62,724 nt of DNA, filler included, from 4 parts of 4 records of this genome joined end to end with filler, not necessarily neighbours in it; one strand, 5' to 3'; counted from the whole stretch's first letter, positions 1 through 12,113 are shown. Numbers and translations are program-made. The notes: generated by a model from the sequence alone, not told the origin.

Positions 1-68
1 TTACAGTTTTTATGAAAATAATATCCTCTAAACTGAGATGATTTAGATACCGAAATAGGAGGAACTTT

Positions 69-950
69 GTGGAATATAAAGTGCTAGGTGTAATATTTAA
101 TGTTACAAAGAAAAGATATTACTTTGAAGTAAAGGAAAAAGATAATACCGTATATAAACGTGGAGATAAAGTTATTGTTGATACAGCTAGAGGACAAGAG
201 TTAGGAACTATTTATGCAGAACCTGCAATGAAAGATGAGAAGGACCTTGTGCTGCCTCTGAAGGCTGTTATAAAGAAAGCCTCTGAAAGTGAGCATGACT
301 ACTTCCTTAAGCTAAGAGAAGAAGCTGATAAAGCTCTTGAGATATGTAAAAAGAAAGTATTTGAACATGAACTTCCAATGAAGTTAGTAACATCTGAATA
401 TACTTATGATAAAAGTAAATTAATATTCTATTTTACAGCTGAAGGAAGAATAGATTTTAGAAAGTTAGTTAAGGATTTAGCAGCTATATTTAGGCTTAGA
501 ATCGAATTAAGACAGATAGGTGTGAGAGATGAAGCAAGAATCTTAGGAAGCATAGGATTATGCGGTTATGAGCTTTGTTGTAGAACCTTTATAAATAAGT
601 TTGATTCAGTGTCAATTAAAATGGCGAGAGATCAAGGATTAGTAATTAATCCATCTAAAATTTCAGGTGCATGTGGTAGGTTGCTTTGTTGTATCAAATA
701 TGAATATGAACAATATGTTGATGAACTTAAGAACTATCCTGCGATTAACCAAAGAATACTTACACCAATGGGTAAAGGAAAAGTATTAAGTGTAAATCCG
801 TTAAATGGATATCTATATGCTGATATTCCTGAAAAAGGTATGAATAGATTTGACCTTACTGAAGTTAAATTTGACAGAAGAGAAGCAAACAAGCTAAAAA
901 TGCAACAAAATAAAGAAACTGAGGAAACTAAAAGTTTAGAGAAGGAATAA
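69..950 (+). CDS. yaaT: PSP1 domain protein, RicT/YaaT family (stage 0 sporulation / Fe-S regulatory protein)
   Basis: 293 aa ORF with FYFTAEGRIDFRKLVKDLA, RIELRQIGVRDEA, GLCGYELCC and KISGACGRLLCC motifs; GTG start after GGAGG. Confidence 0.9.
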   Translation: MEYKVLGVIFNVTKKRYYFEVKEKDNTVYKRGDKVIVDTARGQELGTIYAEPAMKDEKDLVLPLKAVIKKASESEHDYFLKLREEADKALEICKKKVFEHELPMKLVTSEYTYDKSKLIFYFTAEGRIDFRKLVKDLAAIFRLRIELRQIGVRDEARILGSIGLCGYELCCRTFINKFDSVSIKMARDQGLVINPSKISGACGRLLCCIKYEYEQYVDELKNYPAINQRILTPMGKGKVLSVNPLNGYLYADIPEKGMNRFDLTEVKFDRREANKLKMQQNKETEETKSLEKE

Positions 951-954
951 CTTT

Positions 955-1674
955 ATGTTAATATTAGAAGATGAGACTCTTGATGAGTTAAATAAGATCA
1001 ACAGAAAGATTATTCAAAAGAAAAAAGGATTTAGATTTGCTATTGATGCAGTATTAATTAGCAATTTTATTCAAATAAATAAAGAATCCAGAGTACTGGA
1101 TATTGGAACGGGATCAGCTATTATTCCACTTTTGTTATCTGAAAATGAAGAGATACAGCAAATTGATGCAGTTGAAATTCAAAAAGATATAGCAGATATG
1201 GCAATGAGAAGCATTAAGTATAATGAACTGGAAAATAAGATCAAAATTTATAATACTGATATAAAAGAGTATTTTCAAGAGAAAAAATATGATTTCATAG
1301 TTACTAATCCTCCATATATGAAAAAAGAAAATGGAAATATTAGTGAAAACGAAATTAAAGCAATTTCGCGACATGAGATCAAAATTAATCTTAAGGAATT
1401 ACTTGCTAAAAGTGAAAAACTTCTGAAAAACGGAGGAAGTTTTAATATTATTTATAGAACAGATAGAGTAAGTGAATTACTAAAGATTATTGAAGATTAC
1501 AAATTATATCCTAAAAAATTACGATTTGTATATTCAAAACCGGGGATTGGTAAATCTAATTTATTTATGTTAGAGGCATTAAAAGGGAAAAAATCAAGTT
1601 TAGAGATATTAGAACCATTATATCTTTTTTCAGAAACAGGAGAGTATACAGAAGAAGTAAAAACTTATTATTAG
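955..1674 (+). CDS. trmN6: tRNA1(Val) A37 N6-methyltransferase family SAM-dependent methyltransferase
   Basis: GFRFAIDAVLI, LDIGTGSA (SAM binding), TNPPY and ISRHEI motifs; usual neighbour of yaaT. Confidence 0.85.
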   Translation: MLILEDETLDELNKINRKIIQKKKGFRFAIDAVLISNFIQINKESRVLDIGTGSAIIPLLLSENEEIQQIDAVEIQKDIADMAMRSIKYNELENKIKIYNTDIKEYFQEKKYDFIVTNPPYMKKENGNISENEIKAISRHEIKINLKELLAKSEKLLKNGGSFNIIYRTDRVSELLKIIEDYKLYPKKLRFVYSKPGIGKSNLFMLEALKGKKSSLEILEPLYLFSETGEYTEEVKTYY

Positions 1675-1722
1675 CATGTTACTTTTGTTTTTGACAGAAT
1701 ATTTGTAGTTGGAGGAAGAAGT

Positions 1723-3060
1723 TTGAAAGTAGCAGTTTTTGGAGCAAAAGCTCTAAATTTTCCCTTAGATTTTGAATTGGACCTATTCTATATTGAAGGT
1801 TTAGATTTCTTAAAGAAAAATATTGAAAATATTAAAAAAGCTGTCTTGGCAATTGTCCATATTGGAACTGAGTCAAAAGAAGCAGCTGAATTTTTTAATG
1901 CAGAACAGATTCCTTATATAGCTGTTTATGATAATACAACTGGTCAGGATGTTGCCTGGTATCTTAGAAATGGTGCTGAATCAATTGTAAATCATAGACC
2001 TGACGAGTATTTTAATACTGGAATTATTCAAAAATATATTAAAAACGAAGAGATTGATGAATATAGAGTATTCTTTGAGTTGACTAAGATTTTGAGAATA
2101 AACTTGAACCTTAAAAAAATAATCTTTGATATAAAGAATTTAATAAGAAAATTATTTTCTTTACAAACAATATTTGTTATAAATGACAAATATTATTACA
2201 AAAACGTAGTTTTTAAAAGCTTGGATAGCTTTTTAAGATTTAATGGAGCAGAAAAAGAGTTGCTAGAATTTTCTTTAGAGCAGGATCTTTATTTTCCAAG
2301 TAATTTTGAAAATAAAAAAGTAGTAATTTTACCTATTATAGATAAAAATGAAATTTTAGGAAAAGTTATTTTTATAAGAGAAAAAGAGGTTCAAAAAAGA
2401 GAGTTTGAACTTTTAAATGTAATTTTAAGTCAGGCAGCAGTTGTAATTAAAAATTACTTTTTGCTTGAAGACAGTAAAAATTCATATTATGGAATTGTTA
2501 AAGCTTTAGTAAATGCTATTGAGGCAAAAGATGAGTATACCAAAGGACATACTTCTCGGGTAGCGGAATTAGCAGTAAAATTAGGTAAGGATTTGTCTTT
2601 AAACGCACCTGAACTTGAAAAGCTTGAAATAGCAGCTTTTTTACATGATGTAGGTAAAATAGGTGTTAGAGATGAGATCTTAAATAAAAAAGGTAAACTG
2701 ACTCCTGAAGAGTATGAAGCTGTAAAAAATCATCCTGATGCAGGTTATAAAATTGTTTCTGAAATAGAAAATATGAGTGATGTTGCTGAAATTATCAGGT
2801 ATCATCATGAAAGATGGGATGGAACAGGATATCCTTTAGGTTTAAAAGGAGAAGATATTCCTTTAGAGGCAAGAATTGTATCAATAGTTGATACTTATGA
2901 CGCCTTAACGTCTCATAGATCATATAGAACCGGTTGCACTCATGATGAAGCAGTGGAAGAGTTAGAAAAATCAGCTGGGACGCAGCTTGATCCAGATCTA
3001 ACTAAACTTTTTATTGAATTAACAAATAATATGAATAGTGATGTAAAAAGAATAATATAA
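1723..3060 (+). CDS. HD-GYP domain cyclic-dinucleotide phosphodiesterase with N-terminal sensory (REC-like/GAF-like) region
   Basis: EAKDEYTKGHTSRV, LHDVGKI, HHERWDGTGYP and DTYDALTS motifs; TTG start after GGAGGA. Confidence 0.85.
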   Translation: MKVAVFGAKALNFPLDFELDLFYIEGLDFLKKNIENIKKAVLAIVHIGTESKEAAEFFNAEQIPYIAVYDNTTGQDVAWYLRNGAESIVNHRPDEYFNTGIIQKYIKNEEIDEYRVFFELTKILRINLNLKKIIFDIKNLIRKLFSLQTIFVINDKYYYKNVVFKSLDSFLRFNGAEKELLEFSLEQDLYFPSNFENKKVVILPIIDKNEILGKVIFIREKEVQKREFELLNVILSQAAVVIKNYFLLEDSKNSYYGIVKALVNAIEAKDEYTKGHTSRVAELAVKLGKDLSLNAPELEKLEIAAFLHDVGKIGVRDEILNKKGKLTPEEYEAVKNHPDAGYKIVSEIENMSDVAEIIRYHHERWDGTGYPLGLKGEDIPLEARIVSIVDTYDALTSHRSYRTGCTHDEAVEELEKSAGTQLDPDLTKLFIELTNNMNSDVKRII

Positions 3061-3061
3061 G

Positions 3062-3091
3062 AAGAGCATATAATATATGCTCTTTCGTTTT
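3062..3091 (+). terminator. Intrinsic terminator after HD-GYP gene
   Basis: AAGAGCATAT-AAT-ATATGCTCTT 10-bp stem followed by a T-rich tail. Confidence 0.65.
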
Positions 3092-3137
3092 ATTAATATA
3101 GAAAATTTTATATTTGTTTAAAAATAAGGAGAAGAAT

Positions 3138-5120
3138 ATGTTTAATTTAGTTTCGCCTTTTAAACCAATGGGAGATCAAGTAAAAGCAATAGAAAAATTG
3201 GTTGATAATATTGAAAATGGTATTTCAGATCAAACATTATTAGGAGTAACGGGATCAGGAAAAACATTTACAGTTGCTAATGTGATACAGCAGACAAATA
3301 AACCAGCGCTAATTTTAGCACCAAATAAAACTCTGGCTGCACAGTTATATGCTGAGTATAAGAAGTTTTTTCCTGAAAATGCTGTTGAGTATTTTGTTTC
3401 ATACTATGATTATTATCAGCCGGAAGCATATGTTCCAACTACAGATACATATATAGAGAAGGACTCATCAATTAATGATGAGATAGATAAATTAAGACAT
3501 GCTGCAACAGCAGCACTAATGACGAGAAAAGATGTAATAATAGTTGCTTCTGTATCAGCTATATATGGTTTAGGGTCACCTGATACTTATTCGAAAATGA
3601 CTCTATCTATAGATCAGAAAACAGGAATTGACAGAGATGAAGTAATTAGAAAATTAATTGATTTGAGATATGAAAGAAACGATTATGAATTCCAACGTGG
3701 TAAATTCAGAGTAAAAGGAGATATCATAGATATCTATCCCAGTTATATGGAGACAGGTTATAGATTAGAGTTTTTTGGCGATGACCTTGAAGAGGTTTCC
3801 GAGATAAATACACTGACTGGTCAAAAGTTAAAAAGAGCTATTGAGAGAGTCTCAATAATGCCTGCCAGTCACTATATCGCAGAAGAAGACGAAATAGAGA
3901 AAATGATTGAAGAGATCGAAACTGATCTTGAAGCAAGATTAAAAGAGTTTGAAGCAAAGAATCTATTACTTGAAGCTCAGAGAATAAAGCAGAGAACAAA
4001 ATATGACCTTGAAATGATTAGAGAAGTAGGTTACTGTAAAGGAATTGAAAATTATAGTAGATATCTTTCAAGAAAACCGGCAGGAGCAACTCCGGATACT
4101 TTAATGGATTATTTCCCTAAGGATTATTTAATATTTATAGATGAATCTCATATTGCAGTTCCTCAAGTGAGAGGGATGTATAACGGAGATAGAAGCAGGA
4201 AAACTACACTAGTAGAAAATGGCTTTAGACTTCCATCTGCACTTGATAACAGACCACTTATGTTTGATGAATTCAGACAGAAAGCGAATCAAGTAATCTA
4301 TGTATCAGCGACACCCGGAGATTATGAAATTGAGGAGAGTAGTGGAGAGATTGCAGAACAGTTAATTAGACCTACTGGTTTAATTGATCCGGAAATTGAG
4401 ATTAGAAAAACAGAAAATCAAATAGATGATCTTCTAAAAGAGATTAGAATCCGAGCAGAGAAAAACGAAAGGGTTCTTGTAACTACACTTACCAAAAAAA
4501 TGTCTGAGGAACTTACTGAATATTATCTGGAATTTGGAGTGAAAGTTAAGTATTTACATTCGGATATTGATACACTTGAACGAACAGAAATTATAAGAGG
4601 TCTTCGAAAAGGTGAGTTTGATGTTCTGGTAGGAATCAATCTACTTAGAGAGGGACTTGATATACCGGAAGTATCACTTGTAGCGATACTAGAGGCTGAT
4701 AAAGAGGGATTCTTGAGAAGTAGAAGATCGCTTATACAAACAATGGGAAGAGCGGCAAGAAACCTAGAGGGTAGAGCTATTCTTTATGCAGATATTATGA
4801 CTAAATCAATGAAAGAAGCAATTACCGAGACAGATAGACGTAGAGAGAAACAGAGAAGCTATAATGTTGAGAACAATATTGATCCTAAGTCAGTAATCAG
4901 AGAAATCTCTGAAGAGGTGTTGAACCTTGATTATGGTCTTCATGTAGAAGAAAAAGAGCATGAAATTAAAAAACTATACAGATCTAAGAAGGATATTGAA
5001 AAAGAGATCAAAACTCTTGGAAAAGAGATTAAAAAACTCTCTAAAGAGCTTGATTTTGAGGGAGCAATTGAGAAAAGAGATCAAATGCTTAAATTAAAAG
5101 AATTATTACTTGAAATTTAA
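3138..5120 (+). CDS. uvrB: Excinuclease ABC subunit B
   Basis: [30 protein letters not shown] and [10 protein letters not shown] motifs plus a C-terminal UVR domain; ATG 3138 follows AGGAG. Confidence 0.97.
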   Translation: MFNLVSPFKPMGDQVKAIEKLVDNIENGISDQTLLGVTGSGKTFTVANVIQQTNKPALILAPNKTLAAQLYAEYKKFFPENAVEYFVSYYDYYQPEAYVPTTDTYIEKDSSINDEIDKLRHAATAALMTRKDVIIVASVSAIYGLGSPDTYSKMTLSIDQKTGIDRDEVIRKLIDLRYERNDYEFQRGKFRVKGDIIDIYPSYMETGYRLEFFGDDLEEVSEINTLTGQKLKRAIERVSIMPASHYIAEEDEIEKMIEEIETDLEARLKEFEAKNLLLEAQRIKQRTKYDLEMIREVGYCKGIENYSRYLSRKPAGATPDTLMDYFPKDYLIFIDESHIAVPQVRGMYNGDRSRKTTLVENGFRLPSALDNRPLMFDEFRQKANQVIYVSATPGDYEIEESSGEIAEQLIRPTGLIDPEIEIRKTENQIDDLLKEIRIRAEKNERVLVTTLTKKMSEELTEYYLEFGVKVKYLHSDIDTLERTEIIRGLRKGEFDVLVGINLLREGLDIPEVSLVAILEADKEGFLRSRRSLIQTMGRAARNLEGRAILYADIMTKSMKEAITETDRRREKQRSYNVENNIDPKSVIREISEEVLNLDYGLHVEEKEHEIKKLYRSKKDIEKEIKTLGKEIKKLSKELDFEGAIEKRDQMLKLKELLLEI

Positions 5121-5154
5121 AAAAATTATATATTTAAGAAAAAACGGTGAAAAT

Positions 5155-6354
5155 ATGACAGATAGAATATACTCAGTTTATGAAATCAATACATTAGTTA
5201 AGCAAACAATAGAAGAGAATGATCTTTTTAAAGACCTCTTTTTAGAGGGGGAATTATCAAATATTACTTATTATAAAAGCGGACATCTTTATTTTACGTT
5301 GAAAGATAGTAAAGCTTCTATAAAATGTGTATGCTTTCATTATAAATATAAAAAGATCCCTGCTACTCTTAAAGTTGGTGACCAAGTAAAACTGTTTGGT
5401 AAATTGACCCTTTATGAAGCAACAGGTCAGTATCAATTTTTAGTTAGTCATTTGGAAAAAGCAGATGATATTGGAGTACTTTTTAAGAAATTAGAGGAGC
5501 TGAAAATTGAACTTTCTGAAAAAGGATGGTTTAATGAAGAGAATAAAAAAGAGTTGCCTTATTTGCCGCAGAGCATAGGAATAGTAACTTCCGGGACAGG
5601 GGCAGCCGTAAGAGATATTATAGAAACTTCTAAGAAAAGATATCCGAATATTAATATTTATGTATATCCCTCTAAAGTTCAAGGTGAAGGTGCTGAACTA
5701 GAGATAGCAAAAGGAATAGAGAGTTTAAATAAAATAAATGATATTGATTTAATAATTGCCGGTCGTGGTGGGGGTAGTATTGAGGATTTATGGAGTTTTA
5801 ATACTAAAACAGCAGCAACAGCATTTTATAAATCTAAAAAACCTATTATATCTGCTGTAGGACATGAAACAGATGTTTTATTAACAGATTTCATAGCGGA
5901 TATGAGAGCAGCAACACCAACGCAGGCAGCTGAAATAGGAGTTCCGGTTAAAGAAGAGTTGAGAATTAAGTTACAAGAGAGAACTCGGATTTTGAATAAT
6001 TTGATTTTGTCTAAACTTAAGAAGGAAAAAAGAAATCTTAAAGGAATAAAAGAAAGTTATGTTTTTAAAAGATTTCCTCAGGAGATAGAAGCTAAAAATA
6101 ATTTATTAATTGAAAAAGAGGAAGAATTAAATAAAGAATTATTAAAAATCTTGAAATCGAAACAGGAAGCACTGAGTAATAGAATTGAAAAACTTCAACT
6201 AATTGATCCTAGAAATATACTAAAAAAAGGTTATACAATAACGAAACTAAAGAATAAAACTCTTAATTCAAGTTTGGAGTTAACAGAAGGAGATATTATT
6301 GAAACGGTTTTTTATGACGGGAAAATATTAAGTAAAATAGAGGAGAAAAAATGA
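5155..6354 (+). CDS. xseA: Exodeoxyribonuclease VII large subunit
   Basis: GELSN..SGHLYFTLKD, GRGGGSIEDLWSFN, SAVGHETD and RAATPT motifs; ATG 5155 follows GGTGA. Confidence 0.95.
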   Translation: MTDRIYSVYEINTLVKQTIEENDLFKDLFLEGELSNITYYKSGHLYFTLKDSKASIKCVCFHYKYKKIPATLKVGDQVKLFGKLTLYEATGQYQFLVSHLEKADDIGVLFKKLEELKIELSEKGWFNEENKKELPYLPQSIGIVTSGTGAAVRDIIETSKKRYPNINIYVYPSKVQGEGAELEIAKGIESLNKINDIDLIIAGRGGGSIEDLWSFNTKTAATAFYKSKKPIISAVGHETDVLLTDFIADMRAATPTQAAEIGVPVKEELRIKLQERTRILNNLILSKLKKEKRNLKGIKESYVFKRFPQEIEAKNNLLIEKEEELNKELLKILKSKQEALSNRIEKLQLIDPRNILKKGYTITKLKNKTLNSSLELTEGDIIETVFYDGKILSKIEEKK

Positions 6355-7211
6355 AATTTACAAAATGGATAATTGTAATTTTATTGCTGTTAAGTTCTGC
6401 AGTCTCATATTCTCTTGAAATAGAGTATGATGATTATGTTGCTGAGATATCTGAGGCTTTTTATCTAAAAGATTATGAAGCAGCTCTATATCTGAGTAAT
6501 TCTGCAATAGCTGAATATCCGAAAGAAGCTGAATTAATAGAGTTTAGAGCCGAGGCACTTTTTAATCTGGGAAATTATAAAGAGGCATACCCTGAATGGG
6601 AAAAAATTATAGTAAATAAGCTCGAGTTCAAGGATGCTTATTACAAAGCAATGTTTTCATTGAGAGAAATAAATAAAGAGGAAAAAAGCGGGTCAAAAAA
6701 AGCTGACAATGAAGAAAAAATATATGAATATTACGAAAAATATCATGAATTAGACGGGTATACAGATTATAAAAACATTTATGATCTTGGAAATATGTAT
6801 GTCAAAGATAATTTTTCTGAAAAAGCATATAAGATTTTTTCAAAAGATAAAAGTGAAAATTTTAAAAATATGTTCGGTGCTGCTCTTATGGCCAGATTTA
6901 TGGGAGAGTATAAAACATCTATAAAATTGTATGATAAGTTAATAAAAGAATATCCTCAAATAGAGGAAGCGTATTTTGGTTTAGCTATCTCATATAGATT
7001 GGCAGGGGATTTTCCAAATGCAATTAAATATTTTAGGCAACATCTTGAATACAAGCAATTAGAACAAACATATATAGCAATTGCCGAGATGGAGATGGTA
7101 ATGGGGAAATATGGATCGGCAAAGACTATTTTAGAGATTGGTAAAAATGAATTTCCGAAGTCTAGAAGAATGGAAGAGTTATTAATAGAGATATATTCAA
7201 GTTCAAATTAA
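6351..7211 (+). CDS. Exported tetratricopeptide-repeat protein
   Basis: N-terminal signal peptide and several TPR-like helical repeats (e.g. EAYFGLAISYRLAGDFPNAIKYF); ATGA overlap with xseA. Confidence 0.7.
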   Translation: MKFTKWIIVILLLLSSAVSYSLEIEYDDYVAEISEAFYLKDYEAALYLSNSAIAEYPKEAELIEFRAEALFNLGNYKEAYPEWEKIIVNKLEFKDAYYKAMFSLREINKEEKSGSKKADNEEKIYEYYEKYHELDGYTDYKNIYDLGNMYVKDNFSEKAYKIFSKDKSENFKNMFGAALMARFMGEYKTSIKLYDKLIKEYPQIEEAYFGLAISYRLAGDFPNAIKYFRQHLEYKQLEQTYIAIAEMEMVMGKYGSAKTILEIGKNEFPKSRRMEELLIEIYSSSN

Positions 7212-7270
7212 TTATATTTAACCATAAATAAAAATTATGAAAGTATAAAATGAAGATAAGGGGTAAAAAT

Positions 7271-8326
7271 ATGAATAATTGGTACAAGTTCAGGTTGGGG
7301 AATCTGAACAATGATGTGTTGTTAAAATTAATGGAAAATTATTCTGAATTTGATGATGTATTTAAAGAGTCGAGAGATGATTTAAAAAAGAAGTTAAATA
7401 TTATGGACAAAACAGTTGATAATATTTATAAACTATATAATTTAAATTTGGAAGAAGTAGAACAGAAACATAGGAATAATAATATCAGGTTAATTAGTTA
7501 TTTGGATGATGAATATCCGTATATGTTAAAGAATATAACTAATCCACCAGCTTTTTTACATGTCAAAGGTGAATTTAAGCCAAATGATAAAAGTATAGCA
7601 ATAATCGGAACTAGAAAAATGACAGAATACGGAAAATCTGCCTGTGAAAAATTTTCAAGGGATTTGAGTAAAGCCGGTGTTACGATTATTAGTGGCTTAG
7701 CTAGTGGAATTGATTCGGTTGCGCATAAGAAAGCTCTTACGACAAATGGCTCAACTATTGCTGTTGTTGGTTCTGGTTTAGATGTTATTTTTCCAAAAGA
7801 AAATGAAGGTTTATGGAAAAGAATGGAGCAGAAAGCTTGTATAATCAGCGAATATCCATTAGGTACGGAACCTTTTAAATGGAATTTTCCACAGAGAAAC
7901 AGGATAATCGCAGGTTTAGCAAGAGGTGTATTAGTTTGTGAAAGTTATAAAAGCGGAGGTTCTTTAATTACTGCAAAGATAGCTTTGGAGGAAAATAGGG
8001 ATGTATTCGCTGTTCCCGGTTTTATGACATATCCATCTTTTAGAGGTTGTAATGAATTAATAAAAGCAAACTATGCTAAATTAGTTGATAGTGTAGATGA
8101 TATCTTAGCAGAATACAATTGGAGTAAGGAAAAGAAAACAGAAAACTTAAATTTATCCCAGCAAGAGAGTAAAGTTTATGAAAAATTAATACATCCAAAA
8201 AATTTGGATGAGTTATTACTAGAAATGAAAACGGGAGTAACTGAGTTACTGATTTTACTTTCACAAATGGAAATTAAAGGCGTAATTAAAAGTATCGCCG
8301 GAGGCAAATATAAAAGAAACGAGTAA
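7271..8326 (+). CDS. dprA: DNA-processing protein DprA (Smf)
   Basis: IAIIGTR, IISGLASGIDSVAH, FPQRNRIIAGL and SGGSLITA motifs; C-terminal winged helix. Confidence 0.93.
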   Translation: MNNWYKFRLGNLNNDVLLKLMENYSEFDDVFKESRDDLKKKLNIMDKTVDNIYKLYNLNLEEVEQKHRNNNIRLISYLDDEYPYMLKNITNPPAFLHVKGEFKPNDKSIAIIGTRKMTEYGKSACEKFSRDLSKAGVTIISGLASGIDSVAHKKALTTNGSTIAVVGSGLDVIFPKENEGLWKRMEQKACIISEYPLGTEPFKWNFPQRNRIIAGLARGVLVCESYKSGGSLITAKIALEENRDVFAVPGFMTYPSFRGCNELIKANYAKLVDSVDDILAEYNWSKEKKTENLNLSQQESKVYEKLIHPKNLDELLLEMKTGVTELLILLSQMEIKGVIKSIAGGKYKRNE

Positions 8327-8351
8327 AAGACTGATGATTCAGTCTTTTTTT
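8325..8351 (+). terminator. Intrinsic terminator after dprA
   Basis: AAAAGACTGA-TGAT-TCAGTCTTTT hairpin plus T tract. Confidence 0.75.
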
Positions 8352-8490
8352 ATTTTTTGGGAAAAAATTAATTATTATTTTTATAGGAAATAAAAAAAGG
8401 GAAATAATAAAAAAAGTATAATAATATAAGTAATGGCTAAGTTATATTTGATACGAATTAATACAAAAAAATTAACTGGGAGGACGAAAT

Positions 8491-10838
8491 ATGCCAAATC
8501 AAGGAAGATTAAAGAAAAAATTTAACCTATTATTTTTATCATTAAGTATAGTACCAATTTTGATTTTGGGAATTTCAGTTTATTTGATAGCTAATTTGGT
8601 ATTACGAAAGGAAGCGTATAATAAACTAACTATTATAAGAAATAATAGGGCAAGAGAATTGGATAATTATTTTCGAAATCTTGAGCGGGATATTGACCTA
8701 ATATCAGGAAGTAATGAGGTTCGTTATTTTATAAATGATATAGAAAAAGAGTTCCCAAAACAGCAAGTCGAAAAGAATGAAAAATATAATGAAATTATGG
8801 CAAAACATCAGGAAAATTTTGTAATTTATAAAGCCAAATACGAATTCGAAAATATAATGATGTTTTCTACAAACGGTAAATTACTATTTTCATTGAATTC
8901 TAAATCAGCAAGCATAGGAGATAATATATTTGAAATAATTCAGGATAGAAAAAAAATAGATGTATATAATGCTGCTAAACGGGGTTTAGCGGCTGTTTCA
9001 GATATTTTTAGAGAAAGTATAAGTGGAAGAGATAGTTTACTGGCGGGAATACCAATATTTGCTGATGGAGTATTAAAAGCTGTACTAATAGCTGAAGTGC
9101 GAACTGACAAAATAAATGAAATATTAAGTATTTCAACAGAAGGTGAAGAGAGTTTATTAATTGGAGAAGAGTATGGAATAAAAATACTTAAAAATAATTC
9201 TAGAATGGGTAGTATAGGAGATCCAATATCAGATGAATTATCAAACTATCTAAGTAATAGCATAAACGATCTAAAAAAATATACTATAAATGGAAAAAAA
9301 TATTTTATAACAAAAATGCCACTTAATTACTCAAGGCTTAGCTGGGTAATTGTAGTATGGATACCAGTTGAAATAATTTATGATTGGATTTATAAACTTA
9401 GAACTTTTTATGTTTTATTTGCTTTAGGGCTTATTTTTGTAACATGGTATATAGTAAGACTTATTGTAAAAAAATCAGTTTATCCGATTGAAGAATTAGC
9501 CATGTGGGCGGAAGAGGTTGCTTCAGGAAATTTAGAACTTCGTGAAATACAAACGGGAAATGATGAAATTGGGAATTTAAATACTAATATGAAAAAATTA
9601 GTTACTTCGCTAAAAAAAATAGCACATTTTGCTCAAGCGGTATCTGTAGGTGATTTAACAAAAACTATTGAGCTTAGAAGTGAGAGAGATTTACTGGGAA
9701 AATCTGTTAATCAGATGAAAGAGAATTTTAAATCAGCAGTTTTACAAACAAATTCACTGGCAGAAGAGGATTATTTTGTAAATATTGAACCAAAATCAGA
9801 AAATGATGAGATGGCTTTTTCACTTATTAAGTTGGTAAATCAACTAAAACTTAAAACTGATGATAGTGAAAAACATAAATGGATGATTGTTGGTAGAAAT
9901 GAGTTAAATGAAAAAATCAAAGGAGAAAAAAGTGTTCACGAACTTTCAAAAATAATTCTAGATTACATTATTCCAAGAGTTGAAGCGGAAGTTGGAACAT
10001 TTTATATAAAATCAGATGATAGATTTAGTCTTGCATCAACTTATGCTTTTACTCTGAGAAAAGAGTTTAAACCGATAATTGAATTTGGAGAAGGAATAGT
10101 TGGTCAAACGGCAATTGAAAAAAAACTAATAATTATCAAAGATCTTCCTGATGATTATATGATAATTAAATCTTCACTTGGTGAAAGAGCACCTGCAAAT
10201 TTATGCGTTATACCTTGTCTTTATAATGATGAAATTGAGTGTATTATTGAGATCGCTTCACTTAAGGAATTCAGTGAAATAGAAATTCAATACCTGAAGA
10301 ATATTAGTGAATCAATAGCGATTGCAATACATTCAGCGCATGTAAATAAAGAAATGAAAGATGTACTTGATAAAGCAATCTACCAAGCCAAAGAGTTGCA
10401 ACAGCAACAGCAGGAGTTAAAAAAATCGAATATTGAACTTGAAAAACAAGCAACATTTTTAAAAGAATCAGAAGAAAAACTTCAGGCACAACAAGAGGAA
10501 CTAAGAGTAATTAACGAAGAGTTGGAAGAAAAAAATAAAAGTCTTGAAAGACAAAAAGAAGAGATTTATATAAAAAATAAAGAATTAAATAAAACAAAAG
10601 AGGAAATCGAAGAAAAAGCAGAGGAACTGGAAGCAGCGAGTAGGTATAAATCAGAGTTTTTAGCGAACATGTCTCATGAACTTAGAACTCCTCTTAATAG
10701 TATATTGATATTATCACAACTTTTATATGAAAAAACAGAAGGAAAACTCGCCGAAGAAGAGAGAGAATACTCTAAAATTATTCATTCATCAGGAACAGAT
10801 CTGCTTAATTTAATTAATGATATTTTAGATTTATCAAA
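8491..10838 (+). CDS. Membrane sensor histidine kinase (Cache, HAMP, GAF, coiled coil, HisKA), truncated at contig end
   Basis: Two TM segments around a periplasmic domain, HAMP-like DEIGNL, GAF-like GEGIVGQ, H-box [14 protein letters not shown]; runs into the N spacer. Confidence 0.88.
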
Positions 10839-10938
10839 NNNNNNNNNNNNNNNNNNNNNNNNNNNNNNNNNNNNNNNNNNNNTTAATTAATTAANNNNNN
10901 NNNNNNNNNNNNNNNNNNNNNNNNNNNNNNNNNNNNNN
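10839..10938. other. Artificial contig spacer
   Basis: 44 N + TTAATTAATTAA (stops in all six frames) + 44 N. Confidence 0.98.
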
Positions 10939-12072
10939 TGTTTTTTCAGTAGTGTGCCCAAGACCTTCAGAAATTACTGCTGTTGGCACTCCGGAACGTT
11001 TAGCAATGGTTGCCCATGAGTGACGAGCAACGTAAGTTGTCAAGTTTAAGGGTATTTTTAATTCTTTTTGAATATATTTTAATTTCAAATTATTTAACAG
11101 CATTCGGGAATTATAAGATTGATAAGGGTGAGGATGTTCCAAATCAATAATTGGAAAAATATAATCTTCCGGATTTTTTAGGTCAGAGTATTTCTTAATT
11201 AACTCCATTGCCGGAGGCACCAATTCAAAATTATACAGTTGTGATGTTTTTTGTCTTGAATAATGTAATCTTCCTTTTACGATATTTTCTACTTTTAAAT
11301 AAGCTACATCAACAAAAGCCATTCCCATACAATAGAAACTAAACATGAAAAAATCCCTGGCTTTTTCATGAGCAGGCTTGCCCTTCAGGTTCATATCCCT
11401 AATCTTAATAATTTCTTCTTTTGTAAGTGCTCTTTTCTGAGTTTTGGAATTCTTAATTTTATACTCATCAAATGGGTAAGCATCTTTCTTTGCTGCTCTC
11501 TCTTTGATTGCCCTGTTATAAATTGCCCGAATAGTACGCATGTAAACTGAAATGCCATTAATACTTACACCGTCATTTTTTAAATTGGATTCAAATTTCT
11601 TTAACAAGCTATAGTTTATTTCTTCGAATGAAATGTCTTCTTTACCAATTCTATTAAGCAAAGCTATTTTCGACTCTTTGTAAATTTTAGCATTGCCATA
11701 CCTTCCTTGTTTTAGAAATTCCCGAATAATTTTATCTGTAAATTCTGCAAATAAAGTAGGTTCTGTTCCTTTTATCATGGCTACAATATCATCAACTGTA
11801 TAAGGTTTTCCAGAGGAATCTAAATTCAAAATTACTTCACTATACTTTACAATCTCACTTTGAATCTTTAGATTATTTCTTTTATACAATCTTCCTTTTG
11901 ATTTAACATTGGAAAATAATAATGCCTCCTTCTTATTCCAATGTGATTCTGGAACAGAAATCTTCAAAGATACATACTTCACTTTCCTTTTATGAGTAAT
12001 CCTCAACATGACAGGAAAAGTTCCATCATTAAATTTTTTGGAGGTAAAAAGTACTGCTTTAACCTTTGCCAT
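10939..12072 (-). mobile_element. Bacteroidota site-specific tyrosine integrase (arm-binding, SAM-like and catalytic domains) at the end of an integrative element; 3'-truncated
   Basis: N-terminal GTFPVMLRITHKRKVKY, FSFYCMGMAFVD (first catalytic Arg position non-canonical, as in several Bacteroidota integrases), TTYVARHSWAT and ISEGLGH; start taken at ATG 12072. Confidence 0.88.
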
Positions 12073-12091
12073 ATAATCGCCTGTTAAATTC

Positions 12092-12113
12092 TGGTTTAAA
12101 CATGGTTTAAACA
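12092..12113. repeat. Tandem 11-bp direct repeat TGGTTTAAACA x2 upstream of the integrase (candidate arm-type sites)
   Basis: TGGTTTAAACA at 12092-12102 and 12103-12113, each containing the palindrome GTTTAAAC. Confidence 0.6.

Noticed and set aside
10883-10894. TTAATTAATTAA palindrome (also in the other two gaps) as a biological site
   Set aside because: Identical 12-mer centred in fixed-length N runs: a synthetic six-frame-stop linker.
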